Of a stretch of 64,000 nucleotides of DNA, positions 1-12,921 are shown piece after piece. The notes beneath the pieces are model-generated. The model was not told the DNA's origin, ran no database searches, and was given only the letters and a program-made list of their open reading frames with translations. Within the stretch, counting starts at the first letter, position 1, and each line of letters opens with the position of its first letter. This DNA comes from Pristiophorus japonicus (Eukaryota), in assembly GCF_044704955.1 (NCBI RefSeq), contig NC_091984.1, positions 145,576,001 to 145,640,000 of the forward strand, given 5' to 3'. A program made the position numbers and the translations under genes.

Positions 1-320
1 CCACAGGGGCTACATGGAGGGAGTTCCTCAGTAACTGAGAATGATCCAGGGGAACCAACAGGGGCTACATGGACTTCCTCAGTAACTGAGAATGATCCAG
101 GCGAACCCAACAGGGTCTACATGGACTTCCTCAGTAACTGAGAATGATCCAGGGGAACCAACAAGGGCTACATGGACTTCCTCAATAACTGAGAATGATC
201 CAGGGGAATCCCACAGGGGCTACATAGACTTCCTCAGTAACTGAGAATGATCCAGGGGAACCCAACAGGGGCTACATGGACTTCCTCAGTAACTGAGAAT
301 GATCCAGGGGAACCAACAGG
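1..320. repeat. Minisatellite, ~52-53 bp unit, ~6 copies (runs off the window start)
   Basis: GGGGCTACATGGACTTCCTCAGTAACTGAGAATGATCCAGGGGAACC(C)AACA recurs at ~6, 61, 113, 166, 216 and 269. Confidence 0.95.
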
Positions 321-1556
321 AACATACCTTTATTGTCCCCGAGGGGGGCAAGAGGAGAGGGAAAGGTGAGGAACATACCACTAATTTCCCCAGGGGGGAG
401 AGGAGAAGGAGAGGTGAGGAACATACAATTGTTTTCATTGTGGGGGGAGAAGAGGTGAGTACAGACCATTATTTTCCCCGGGGGAGGGAGCGAATGGGGA
501 GAGGTGAGGAACATACCATTATTGTCCCCGGGGGAGGGGACGGGGGGGCGAGAGGAGAGGGAGAGATGCGGAACATACCATTATTGTCCACAGGGGTGGG
601 GGTGGTGAAGAGGAGACGGAGACTTGAGGAACATACAATTATTGACCCGGGGAGACGAAGAGAGAGAGCGGTGAGGATTATACCATTATTGTCCCTGGGG
701 TGGGGGAGAGGGAGAGGTGCGGAACATACCATTATTTTCCCAGGGAGGGAGGGGGTAGAGGAGAGGGAGAGGTGAGAAACATACCATTATTGTCTCCGGG
801 GGGGCGAAGAAGGAGAGCGGGTTGACTTATGAGGAATGGTTGAGTAGGTTGGGCCACCACTCATTGGAATTCAGAAGAATGAGAGGTGATCTTATCAAAA
901 CATATCAGATTATGAGGGGGCTTGACAAGGTGGATGCAGAGAGGATGTTTCCACTGATGGGGGAGACTAGAACTAGAGGGCATAATCTGAGAATAGGAGG
1001 CCGCCCATTTAAAACTGAGATGAGGAGGAATATCTTCTCTCAGAGGCTGGTGGATCGGTGGAATTCGCTGCCTCAGAGAGCTGTGGAAGCTGGGACATTA
1101 AATACATTTTAGACAGAAATAGAGTTTCTTAAATGATAACGGGTTATGGGGAACCGGCAGGGCAGTGGACCTGAGTCCATGATCGGATCAGCAATGATCG
1201 TATTAAATGGCGGAGCAGGCTCGAGGGGCGGTGTGGCCTACTCCTGGTCCTATTTCTTCAGTTCTTATGAGAGGTGAGGAACATACCATTATTGTCCCCG
1301 GGAGGGGGTGGGAGAGGAGAGGGAGAGGTGAGGAATAAACCATTATTGTCCCCGGGAGAGGGTGGGAGAGGAGAGGGAGAGATGAGGAACATCCCATTAT
1401 TGTCCCCGGAGGGACAGGAGAGGGAGAGGTGAGGAGCATACCATTATTGTCCCCGGGTGGGGGGAGGGAGGGAGAGAGAGAGAAAGAGAGAGGAAGGGGA
1501 GCGTTGAAGAACATACGTTATTGTCCTGGGGGCGGGGGGGTGAGTGGAGAGGTGAA
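311..1556. repeat. G/purine-rich minisatellite (~60 bp unit) split by a CR1 insertion
   Basis: Repeated core GAGGTGAGGAACATACCATTATTGTCCCCGGG plus a variable G/A-rich spacer at 311-820 and 1269-1556. Confidence 0.9.
821..1268 (+). mobile_element. CR1 LINE 3' fragment
   Basis: ORF 822-1112 (YEEWLSRLG..SLEFRRMRGDLI..TRGH..FKTEMRRN..WNSLP) is the CR1 ORF2 C-terminus, followed by the CR1 3'UTR. Confidence 0.9.
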
Positions 1557-1560
1557 GAAT

Positions 1561-2630
1561 TGTAGCTCCAGCTTTCTGGCCATTTCTATCAACAATACTT
1601 TAAATCCTTAAATCCAAATCCCCAAGAAAGAACTGTACTGTTTGGCGAGCTTGTGAGGGTGGCATTGAGGTGCATTCATATACAACCGGACATTTCACAC
1701 TGACAGGCTGGGTGGCAGGGAACCCAGGCCCATTGATGTCATCACCATCTAAAGTGATTACTGAGAACAATACCCCGAGAGGTAACTCAGAGACACTGTG
1801 CCTTCGCATTGTTAAAGCACAGTCACCACTCAGTCCCAACCCAAACTGGTGCAAGGCAGGAAATGGCCGGGCCATTGTCTTCCAGGAGATAAGCCGGTTA
1901 AGCAAGATCGGTTTGTGATCGAAACCCATTACCTGCTAATGGGGGCCATCAACTCAGGAAACGACAGACATCCAGTAATCAGCACCCATTGTCTCTCCAG
2001 ATGCGAGGCCTGGGAGCGGGAAAACAAAACACAATTTTTCACAAAGATTTCAAAGGCTACGAGCCGCTCCAGGACACGGGGAGGTGGGGGGTCCAAACAG
2101 ATCACCGGAGTCAATCCATCGGTCAGTATTGGCGGGAGGAAAGGTGATGGGTTTTGGGGATATAAGGAGCCGCTTTCCAAAAAGCTCCAGCTCAGGAGGA
2201 AGAACGCTACGGAAAAAGCTCAGGAAAAAGCCCAGGAAAAAGCTCAGAAAAAACCCAGGAGTGAGACGTTCAGGAAGAAGCTGCAAGCAAGACAACGGGC
2301 AATCAGGGTGAGCATATTAGCTGTGTGAGGGGGTGATTGTAAGTCCCAACCAAACCCAAGGGGTTTAGTGCTGCGGGGGGGTCCTGTGTTAGTTTATTTC
2401 ACGGGAGGTTGCTTTTATTAAGCCGTGGTAACTTAGCACAGCAGGGCTTATTGGACAAGCCAGGGTTGTACTGTTTTGCACTGTTTATGAGTGGTGTTGT
2501 TAATCTTATTCAACATAATACAGTTGAACCTGAAAAAAATGTGCCCGAGTCTGATCTATCCATATAATCCCTATCGTCCAGAACCTGTAGTAGGAGGTGC
2601 ATTTACGTTACGCCCAAGAAAACCACCGAC
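1561..2630 (+). mobile_element. Possible solo-LTR-like element (unclassified)
   Basis: ~1.07 kb non-coding block starting TGT and ending ACA, TATA-like TATAAG at 2161, internal ~12-bp GCTCAGGAAAAA repeats; no target-site duplication seen. Confidence 0.25.
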
Positions 2631-3040
2631 AGGCACCCCCTCAGTACTGCCTCTCCGATAGTGCGGCACTCCCTCAATACTGCCCCTCCGGCAGTGCGGC
2701 ACCCCCTCAGTACTGCCAATCTGACAGCGCGGCACTCCCTCAGTACTGTCACTCTGACAGTGTGGCACTCCCTCAGTACTGCCCCACCAACATTGCGGCA
2801 CTCCCTCAGTACTGACGCTCCGACAGTGCGGCACTCCCTCAGTACTGCCATTCTGACAGCATGGCACTCCCTCAGTACTGCCCCCCTGACATTGCAGCAC
2901 TCCCTCAGTACTGCCCCCCTGACAGTGCAGCACTCCCTCAGTACTGCCCCTCCGACAGTGCAGCACTCCCTCAGGACTGCACAGTAGTGTATGTCTTTAT
3001 TTTACACTCAGGTCCCTGGAGTGGGGCTTGAACCCACGAT
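2631..3040 (-). repeat. 33-bp tandem array expanded from within a SINE
   Basis: ~10 copies of GTGCGGCACTCCCTCAGTACTGCCCCTCCGACA (11-aa periodicity in the ORF track); the same motif occurs once in the SINEs at ~13815 and ~49475; followed by the reverse-complement SINE B-box (GGGCTTGAACCC). Confidence 0.85.
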
Positions 3041-3755
3041 ACAACATTACATCACTGGATGCTGCACAGTCTGAGCTGTGAGTCATATCCCGACCTCAGT
3101 TGGAACAGCTAACTTAGAACAAACAACAACAGCAACTTTTATACAGCACCTTTAACACAGTAAAACTCCCCGAGCGCTTCACAGGAGCGTTATAGAATAA
3201 AGATTGACAGCGAGCCACGTAAGGAGACATTGAAAATTGCAGCTCAGTCAAATTGTGAGGGAAATTGACAGTGCTGTCTTCATACCAAAAGGGGGGCGAT
3301 GTTGCTTCTGAAAAGACCAAATTTTTTGACAATTTCTGTGTCACGCAATTGATTGGTTTGTAAAACCCGTTTGTACCAAACCTCCAGTCAGGTTTGCAGA
3401 ATCATTTCCAGTTTCCCACGTGTCATTTGATGGTGGATCTCAGCGTGTATCTCCTCGTCCGCTCGTGAGGCGGTGTCTCAGACCGATTGGTGGGTCAGCA
3501 GCCACTCCGCACTGCAGCGAGCATCGGCAGGCCATTCCACTGTGGGAGGCCTCACCGCGGAGCTCGGTGCACGGGCTATATCCACACAGAGATGCTCTGC
3601 CGCCAGGTACAGCAGCAACAACCTGCATTGCTATAGCAACTGGAACATTGGAACAACATCCCAAGGCAGCTGACACAGGCGTAATCTGGTCAAAGTGGTG
3701 CTGAGCCAAAGGGGGAGGGGCTGGGAGGGTGATCAAAACGCTCAGTCGTAGATTC

Positions 3756-4340
3756 GTTGCTACAGTTGTACAGGGCATTGGTGAGGCCACACCTGGAGTA
3801 TTGTGTACAGTTTTGGTCTCCTAACCTGAGGAAGGACATTCTTGCTATTGAGGGAGTGCAGCGAAGGTTCACCAGACTGATTCCCGGGATGGCGGGACTG
3901 ACCTATCAAGAAAGACTGGATCAACTGGGCTTGTATTCACTGGAGTTCAGAAGAATGAGAGGGGACCTCATAGAAACATATAAAATTCTGACGGGGTTAG
4001 ACAGGTTAGATGCAGGAAGAATGTTCCCAATGTTGGGGAAGTCCAGAACCAGGGGTCACAGTCTAAGGATATGGGGTAAGCCATTTAGGACCGAGATGCG
4101 GAGGAACTTCTTCACCCAGAGAGTGGTGAACCTGTGGAATTCTCTACCACAGAAAGTTGTTGAGGCCAATTCACTAAATATATTCAAAAAGGAGTTAGAT
4201 GAAGTCCTTACTGCTAGGGGGATCAAGGGGTATGGTGAGAAAGCAGGAATGGGGTACTGAAGTTGAATGTTCAGCCATGAACTCATTGAATGGCGGTGCA
4301 GGCTAGAAGGGCCGAATGGCCTACTCCTGCACCTATTTTC
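3756..4340 (+). mobile_element. Young CR1 LINE 3' end
   Basis: Uninterrupted ORF 3757-4260 (LYRALVRPHLEYCVQFWSP...WNSLPQ) and (TTTCTATG)n tail; nearly identical to 56644-57247. Confidence 0.95.
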
Positions 4341-5004
4341 TATGTTTCTATGTTTCTATGAAGGGAGGTCTTAAAAGAGGAGAGGGGTGGAGTGGCAGAG
4401 AGGTTTAGGGAGCAGGGAGTTAGGACCCAGGCAGCTGAAGGCACAGCCCCCAATGGAGGGGGAAGGGAAGGGGGGGATGGAGAAGAAGCCTGAGCCAGAT
4501 ACAGCGGCCCCTGAATACAACAACAACTTGTATTTATATAGCGAGTGTTGTGACAATGACAGACAGCGAGAATATAACCCTGATAATGTAACACAGTATT
4601 TGCAGCACTTGACACTGTGGGGAAAGCTTGTAATTTGAAATCCATGAGCTGTACATAAGCGAGAGCAGGACCTGTTTGTGGCCGGTGCGGAGATCACCAC
4701 TTACAGAAGGTAGTTACTGCAGAGAATTCAGGGCCACAGTGACCTCCTGGACTAGTTTCCATCGCCTGGTGGCGGGGGATGGTCGGAGAGGAGTTTCCCA
4801 GATTTATTTCCCCCAATGGGTTTTTTCCCTGGTTTTTTGCCTCTCCCAGGAGGTCAGGTAGTTTTGGGTGGGGTGGAGAGTCTATACTGTGATACACAAG
4901 GTATCACAAATGTGTGGGACGGGCTGGATTGACCACAGGGTCTTTACCTGTCCGTCTCTGTCCGCGGGTTTGGGTTTCAAAGATGTAGAGCTGAATTGGA
5001 AAGA

Positions 5005-5940
5005 AGGACTTGCATTTATATAGCGCCTTTCACTACCTCAGGACATCCCAAAGAGCTTTACAGCCAATGAAGTACTTTTGAAGTGTAGTCGCTGTGGTAA
5101 TGGAGGAGACACGACAGACAGTGTGTGCACAGCAAGCTCCCACAAGTTACTTTGGGCCCAAATTATAACTTTTCCATGCCGAATTCCCGCCCCAGAAGCA
5201 AAATTGGGGTCACAGCCCCTGACAGGAAGTGGAGTGCAATGTGGTGTACAGCATTTCCCCTGGGGGCGGGCTCAGGGGCCAGTGTCAGGCTGCACCATCG
5301 CGGCACTGACCCCGTCACATCGGCATAGAAAGGCCTGACCGGTTAGTTGTCCAAAACAAATGTCGGGGCGCAGAGGCGCGCACTGCCTGTAACTTTCACC
5401 CCGTGAGTGAAATGCGGCCCGGTTCATGACCCACAGGCCTGTTGCGGACACGGCTCACGGGGCACTCTCCGTTTCGCGTCTCTGCTAAATCGCACGGGTA
5501 GCTCCCCCCCGCAACCGCCACTCCATACCCTCGGGGAAAACACTGTCACACCCCATAAGCGCCCTCTGGAGGCACTAATGGCAGGCACACAGCGGGGGAA
5601 TTTCATCCTCAGTCTCTTTTTGTGATGTTGATTGAGGGATAAATATTGATCAGGATACTGGGGAGAACTCCCCTGCTCTTCTTCAAAACATTGGCATGGG
5701 ATCGTTAACGCCAACCTGAGAGAGCAGATGGGGCCTTGGTTTAACCTCTCGCCTGAAAGACGGCCCCTCCGACAGTGCGTCACTACCTCAGTTCTGCACT
5801 GGGACTGTCAGTGTGGATTTCTGAGAGTCTCTGGAGTGGACCATCTCTCCAGCCACGCATTCATCTATTCTATCCTCCTATTCTGGAGTGGACCTTCAGA
5901 CTCAGAGGTGAGTGTGCTGCCCATTGAGCCACAGCTGACT
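5005..5940 (-). mobile_element. Deu-domain SINE (SacSINE1/AmnSINE1-like) interrupted by a ~460 bp insertion
   Basis: L2-like tail (TTGCATTTATATAGCGCCTTT), Deu core (CACAGCAAGCTCCCACAA) and SINE body resuming at ~5615. Confidence 0.75.
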
Positions 5941-6046
5941 GAGCTGGAAACTTAAGGCTCATTAATGGCCCATCAACGGTGTTCGCCCTCAGTGGGGTGA
6001 ACAAATCCAGAAATTATGGCCAGAATGATGTAGGCTAGGCCATTAT

Positions 6047-7270
6047 TTGCTTTTTTTTAGTTTTAAATTTATTTCTGCTAAGTTAGTTCTCAGTCTATTA
6101 AATAGAGGCATGGCAGGGCAGTTCTGTCCCGTGGAGAGCACATCCTGTGCCATGTGGGAAGTCCTGGACACTTCTCGTGGCCTGGACGACCACATGTGCA
6201 GGAAGTGTCACCAGCTACAGCAACTCGAGCTCCGCGTTTCGGAGATTGAGCGGCGGCTGGAGTCACTGCGGTGCAGCCGCGAGGCTGAGAACTTCGTGGA
6301 TAGCACGTTTCTAGAGGTGGCCACCCCGCAGCTTAAGAGTGTGCAGGCAGAGAGGGAATGGGTGACCACCAGACAGAAGAGGAGGTCCAGGCAGGTAGTG
6401 CAGGAGTCCCCTGAGTCCATCTCACTCTCCAACCAGTATTGTGTTCTGAATACTGATGTGGGGTGATGGTTCCTCCAGGAAGTTCAGCCAGAGCCAAGTC
6501 CACGGCACCACGGGTGGCTCAGCTGCACAGCGGGGAGGAAGAAGAGTGGAAGAGCAATAGTGGTAGGGGATTCGATAGTTAGGGGAACAGACAGACATTT
6601 CTGCGGCCGCAGACATGACTCCAGGATGGTATGTTACTTGCCTGGTGCCAGGGTCAAGGATGACACTGAGTGGCTGCAGTACATTCTGACGGGGGAGGGT
6701 GAACAGCCAGAGATTGTGGTCCATATCGATACCAATGACATAGGTAGAAAGAAGTATGTGGTCCTACAGGCAGAGTTTAGGGAGCTAGATTAAAAAGCAA
6801 CACAGCAATGGTAGTAATCTCCAGATTACTCCCGGTGCCACGTGCTAGTGAGTACAGAAATAGGAGGATAGAGCAGATGAATGTGTGGCTGGAGAGATGG
6901 TGCAGGATGGAGGGCTTTAGTTTCCTGAGGCATTGGGACCATTTCTCGGGGAGGTGGGACCTGTCCAAGTCAGACGGGTTACACGTCAACAGAGCCGGGA
7001 CCAATATCCTCGTGGGGGGGTTTGCTAGTGTTGTTGGGGAGAGTTTAAACTAGCTTGGCAGGGGGATGGGAACCGGAGAATAAATTCAGTGGGGCGAGAA
7101 GCAAATCTGGAATTGGAAAGCAGAAAAGTAGTAAGTAAATTTGGAAGACAGAGGAAACAAAGCCCAGAAAATAGACAGCAAAGATGGTTGGCAATGTTAT
7201 ATACTTCAATGCAAGGAGTATAGTGAATATTGCAGATGAGCTGAGAGCACAGATAGACGATTGAGAGAAC
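6047..7270 (+). mobile_element. CR1 ORF1 (Cys-rich/coiled-coil N-terminus plus SGNH/GDSL esterase domain), degenerate
   Basis: MAGQFCPVESTSCAMWEV..CRKC..LELRVSEIERRL, VGDSIVRGTDRHFCG and HIDTNDIG motifs across frameshifted ORFs. Confidence 0.85.
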
Positions 7271-7823
7271 GATATTGGGATGGAAATTCTGACGTGTCCG
7301 GGCCTGTACGTAGTTTCTACGGACCCGGGAAGGCATCGGAAAAGCCGGTTTTCAGCGTGCAATGCGCATGCACTGAAAACCTGCTTTTCCGATCTGTCAA
7401 GCTGGAGCTGGAGAGATCGTAGCCAGATCATGAGCGAGGACATTTGTACGGGCAAGATGGGACTATTTATCCATATCTTGCCCAGCAAATGTCCTGAATT
7501 ATAGACATATAGTTTATTGTTCAAAAACCTCCCCACTACAGTAAGTTTATTACCATAATTAAAAAAACTTTTTTAGCAATCGGGAACATATTTTATTTCT
7601 ATAAGACATAATAACTTTAATTTCAAATCATTTTAAATATCTGTGGTCTGTTTTTTAGTTTTTATTATTTTGTGTGTTTGGTTTTGTCACCATTAATAGC
7701 ACTGAGAACTGGTAGATACGCGAGTCTTAGTGCTATTAATGGGAACCTGTGAACTACCAACCTGATTGGCTGAGCAGCCACACATGACTGCATCTTCTGC
7801 GTGGGAACCCTCTGGACTGGATC

Positions 7824-10335
7824 GTGCTTAAATGCATTCAGGAGAATTTTATCAATGAGTATGTAACAAGTCCAACAAGGGAGGGGACGGATCTGGACTT
7901 GGTTTTGGGGAATGAAGAGGGGCAGGTGGAAGGGGTATCAGTGGGAGAGCATTTTGGCGCCAGTGATCATAATTCAGTTAGATTTAGTGTAGTTATGGAA
8001 AAGGACAAAGATAGACCAGGAATAAAAGTTCTCAGTTGGGGAAGAGCCAATTTTGCTGAGCTGAGATGAGATTTGGCCAAAGCGGACTGGAAACAGCTAC
8101 TTGATGGTAAATCAGTGTCAGAGCAGTGAGAGGCATTCAAGGAGGAAATCCTGTGGTTTCAGAGTAAGTCTGTTCCCTTAAAGAAAAATGTGGGACTAAA
8201 AATCCTAGGGGCCCTGGATGTCAAGGGATATACAGTGTAGGATAAAGTAAAAAAGGGAGGCTTATGACAGATACCGAGGGCTCAAAACTGCAGGAACTTT
8301 AGAGGGGTATAGAAAGTGCAGGGTGCAATTAAAAAGGAAATTAGGAAAGCAAAGAGAGAGCATGAAAACATTTTGGCAAGTAAAATCAAGGAAAACCCAA
8401 AGATGTTTTATAAATACATTAAGAGCAGGAGGATAATTAAAGAAAGTGTAGAGCCTATTCGAGACCATAAAGGTAATCTGTGTGTGGAGGCGTAAGACGT
8501 GGGTATGTTTCTGAATGAATACTTTCTGTCTGTTCTCACAAAAGAGAGAGGCAATGCAGACATTGCAATCAGGGAGGAGGAGTGTGAAATATTAGATGAA
8601 ATAAACATCGTGAGAGAGGAAGTATCAAGGGGCTTAGCAGCTTTGAAAGTGGATAAATCCCCTGGCCCTGATAAAATGTATCCCAAGCTGTTAAGTGAAG
8701 CAAAAGAGGAAATAGTACAGGCTCTGACCAACATTTTCCAATCCTCTCTGACTGCACGTGTGGTGCCAGAGGTCTGGAGGACTGCCAATGTTGTACCTTT
8801 GTTTAAAAAGGGAGAAAGGGATAGATCGAGTAATTGTAGGCCAGTTAGCCTAACCTCATGGTGGGAAAGTTAATGGAAAAATTTCTGAGAGACAGGATAA
8901 ATCTTCATTTAGAAAGACATGGATTAATCCAGGACAGTCAGCATGGGTTTGTAAAGGGAAGGTCGTGTCTGACTAACTTAATTGAATTCATCAAGGAAGT
9001 AATAAGGAGGGTTGATGAGGCCAGTGCGTATGATGTAGTGTAGATAGATTTTTGCAAGACTTTTGGTAAGGTCCTACATGGCAGACTGGTCATGAAAGTA
9101 AAACCCCTTGGATCCAGGGCAAAGTGGCAAGTTGGATCCAAAATTGGCTCAGAGGCAGGAAGCAAAGGGTAATGGTTGGTGATTTAATGACTGGAAAGCT
9201 GTTTCCAGTGGGGTTCCGCAGGGCTCAGTACAAGGTCATTGCTTTTTGTGGTATATATCAATGATTTAGACTTGAATGTAGGGGGCATGATAAAGAAGTT
9301 TGCAGATGATACTAAAATCGGCCGTGTGGCTGATAATGAAGAAGAAAGCTGCAGACTGCAGGAAGATATCAATGAAATGGTCAGGTGGGCAGAACAGTGG
9401 CAAATAGAATTTAATCCAGAGAAGTGTGAGGTAATGCATTTGGGGAGGGCTACCAAGGGAAGGGAATACACATCAAATGGTAGGATACAGAGAAGTGTAG
9501 AGGAACATATCCACAGATACCTGAAGGTAGCAGGCCAGGTAGATGTGAGGTTATCCACTTTGGCAGAATGAATAGAAAAGCAAATTATTTTTTAAATGGA
9601 GATTTATTGCAAACTGCTGCAGTACAGAGGGATTTGGGGGTCCTTGTGCATGAAACACAAACACTTAGAATGTAGCAAGTAATCAGGAAAGCAAATGGAA
9701 TGTTGGCCGTTATTGCAAGGGGGGTGGAGTATAAAAGCAGGGAAGTCCTGCTACAATTGTACAGGGTATTGGTGAGACCTGGAGTACTGTGTGCAGTTTT
9801 GGTCTCCATATTTAAGAAAGGATATCCTTTCATTGAAGGCAGTTCAGAGGAGGCCCACTAGGTTGATTCCAGAGCTGAGGGGGTTGACTTATGAAGACAT
9901 GTTGAGTAGGTTGGGCCTATACTCATTGGAGTTCAGAAGAATGAGAGTTGATCTTCTCGAAACATATAATATAATGAGAGGGCTTGACAAGGTGGATGCA
10001 GAGAGGATATTTCCACTCATAGAGGAAACTAAAACTAGAGGGCATAGTTTCAGAATAAGGGGTCGCCTATTTAGAACTGAGATGAGGAGGAATTTCTTCT
10101 CTCAGAGGGTTGTAAATCTGTGGGATTCTCATGCCGCAGAGAGCTGTGGAGGCTGGGTCCTTGAATATATTTAAGGTAGAGATAGACAGATTTTTGAACA
10201 ATTAGTGGATAAAGGGTTATGGTGAGCAGGCAGGGAAGTGGAGCTGAGTCCACGATCAGATCAGCCAAGATCTCATTGAATGGTGGAGCAGGCTCGAGGG
10301 GCCAAATAGACTCCTGCTCCTATTTCTTATGTTCT
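7824..10335 (+). mobile_element. Degenerate CR1 ORF2 (endonuclease/RT), mosaic of two subfamilies joined at ~9545
   Basis: SDHNSVRF, KSPGPD, SQHGFVKGRSCLTNL, YINDLD..KFADDTK motifs; stops and frameshifts; 3' tail at ~10330. Confidence 0.9.
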
Positions 10336-11022
10336 TAATCCGTAATACCCTTACCCAACAGGGTGCTGATGATGCCGGAGAACCAGCCTGAGCCTCAGAT
10401 CCTGAACTGTCCACTGCAACACTGGACTGAGACACAGAGGGAGCAGAGTGTGTGCAAAGTGGTGACTGGCTGGTCCGCTGGTCCCCGAGACCCCTCCCCG
10501 ACCCCACAGTCCCAACAGGATCCCCCCCCTCGATACCCAGCACCCAGTCCCACCAGAGCCCCTGACCTCCCCGTGACCCCCATGATCCCCCACCCACCGA
10601 TCACGCCGGTCCCCCCCGTTCCACGCACAGTCAGCCCCCGATAAAGCCCACCCTCCCCCGGCCCGGTCTCCCCTCTCCTGGGTAACAGTCTTGCACACAC
10701 ATACACACACCTACAGACAGTGCTGGGTAACAGTCACACACACACACACACACACACACCTACAGGCAGTGCTGGGTAAGTCACACTAACACTCAGGGAC
10801 ATGTACACGGTGATACACTGACTGCTCCTCTCCCTAAGCTGAGGCCTCACTTGGTACAGTTTTGTGCTGCTGCCATGAGCCACACGTTAAGGAGAGAGAA
10901 TGCAACATTGTGACTGTGGCCTCCTGCCCCCAGATTGCTCCCAGCAGTCAGCACATGGTGGGATCGCACTGTGCACTATCGGGGGCAGCCCCAACAATCC
11001 CAGTGTGCAGAGTGAGAGCCAA

Positions 11023-12131
11023 CAAGCTCCCCGCTGGAGTGGAACTAAACCAAAGAACCAGTGGGAACCTGTTCAACCTGCACAGTCTCCAGGCCAGATC
11101 CAAGGCCACTCCAACCTCTGTCGTCGAGCTACAGTATGTGGACGATGTCCGCATCTGCGCACATACAGAGGACGCACTCCAGGACATAGTCGACGTATTT
11201 ACTGAGGCGTACGAAAGCATGGGCCTTACGCTAAACATCTGTAAGACAAAGGTCCTCCACCAGCCTGCCCTCATCACACAGCACTGCCCCCAGTCATCAA
11301 GATCCATGGCGCTGCCCTGGACACCGTGGACCACTTCCCATATCTCGGGAGCCACCAATCAACAAGAGCAGGTATTGACGACGAGATCCAACACCGCATC
11401 CAGTGCGCCAGTGCAGCCTTCGGTCACCTGAGGAAAAGAGTGTTTGAAGACCAGGCCCTCCAAACTGCCACCAAGCTCATGGTCTACAGGGCTGTAGTAA
11501 TAGCTGCCCTCCAATATGGCTCAGAGACATGGACCATGTACAGCAGACACCTCAAGTTGCTGGACAAATATCACCAACGATGTCTCTGCTAGATCCGACA
11601 AATCCCCTGGGAGGACAGGCACACCAACATCAGCGTCCTCAGTCAGGCTAACATCCCCAGCATTGAAGCACTGCCCACACTCGATAGCTCCGCTGGGCAG
11701 GCCACATAGTCCGCATGCTAGACACGAGACTCCCAAAGCAAGTGCTCTACTCGGAGCTCCTTCATGGCAAACGAGCCAAAGATGGGCAGCGGAAACGCTG
11801 CAAGGACACCCTCAAAGCCTCCCTGATAAAGTGCAACATCTCCACTGACACCTGGGAGTCCCTGGCCCAAGACCACCCTAAGTGGAGGAAGTGCATCCGA
11901 CAGGGCGCTGAGCACCTCGAGTCTCGTCGCCAAGAGCATGCAGAAACCAAGCGCAGGCAGCGGAAAGAGCGTGCGGCGAATCTGTCCCCACCCACCCCTT
12001 CCCTCAATGACTGTCTGTCTCACCTGTGACTGAGTCTGTGGTTCTCGTATTGGACTGTTCAGCCACAAAAGAACTCACTTCAGGATGGAAGCAAGTCTTT
12101 CTTGATTCCGAGGGACTGCCGATGATATGAT
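11023..12131 (+). mobile_element. RTE-clade LINE 3' fragment
   Basis: ELQYVDD..AHTEDALQ..GLTLNICKTKVL, FPYLGS, LQYGSETWT and RLPKQVLYSEL motifs; (TGA)n-like tail; absent from the paralogous site at ~51257. Confidence 0.9.
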
Positions 12132-12270
12132 GAGACTGGGAGGGTTTAATCCCAGCAGCTTTTAGTGTCTCTGTGTTTAATCTTGTGCACTCCAGGGGTT
12201 CGAGGTCAAATTGATCGTTTTAAAATGATTGATAATTGGCTTTGAATCAAATCTCCTGCCGACATGCCAT

Positions 12271-12354
12271 TGATTGACAGCCCACTCAGCCAATCAGGAC
12301 AGACACTTACTGAAATGCAGCCAATCCAGCTGAGGGGGAAGGTGGGACATTTCC
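12271..12354 (+). promoter_or_regulatory. Candidate PBX-PREP/MEIS decamer + double CCAAT + kB-like module 3' of the left C exon
   Basis: TGATTGACAG 12271-12280, CCAAT 12290-12294 and 12321-12325, GGGACATTTCC ~12344-12354; retained in the paralog at 51034-51116. Confidence 0.45.
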
Positions 12355-12486
12355 AAAGCACTCGCCAGACACAGACTGAATATTATTCACGTTTATTGCC
12401 TTTTACAGATTCACATTTAGAGAAACAAGACTTGAATAAACAGCCCAGCGAGAGCGAGCTGGAGACATTCACAGGGAGAATGCAGC

Positions 12487-12492
12487 TTTATT
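12487..12492 (-). terminator. Polyadenylation signal of the left C exon (second AATAAA at 12392-12397)
   Basis: TTTATT on the + strand ~430 nt downstream of the stop; positionally conserved with 50896-50901. Confidence 0.65.
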
Positions 12493-12921
12493 AAAACAGT
12501 TGTGGGGATTTTCGCCACACCGTGAGAAACCTGTCCCTTTAAACGGGGACTAAACATTGAATTGTAACAGCAGGGTGAGCAGGGAGGGGGTCTGCTTACT
12601 GAAGCGGCACTTCGTAGTTTAACATTAGTTTTACTCTGCTGACAGTCTTCAGCATTTTTGAGAGGTTTTACTTGGCAGCACGAGTCAACACTGTCCCATC
12701 AAACCCTCCCAGGGCAGGTACAGCACGGGTTAGATACAGAGTAAAGCTCCAATGACACTGCCCCAATAACGTGCCTTCCCCCTGACCCTCAGATGCTTTC
12801 CCTGACCCAGTCCCGAGAAGGAAGAGAGTAGAAATGCAGTGCTGACAATGACCTTTGCCCTCCCGGCTCACCCCCTGTTCTATTTAAAGTTGTGTCTCCC
12901 CCGCGGACTGTCCCTGACACA

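Noticed and set aside
1-320. Palindrome-containing regular repeats (CTCAG-TAA-CTGAG) resembling a CRISPR array; likewise 35352-35857
   Set aside because: Units are head-to-tail with no unique spacers, there are no cas genes, and the context is vertebrate; these are minisatellites.
2571-2987. Periodic Cys/His-rich ORFs suggesting zinc-finger or repeat proteins
   Set aside because: They are translations of a 33-bp SINE-derived tandem repeat that is open in several frames on both strands.
7824-9545. Extension of the inverted duplication to 7824-9545 versus 61890-63640
   Set aside because: Same CR1 subfamily with nearly coincident truncation, but no shared unique flank, so independent insertions cannot be excluded.
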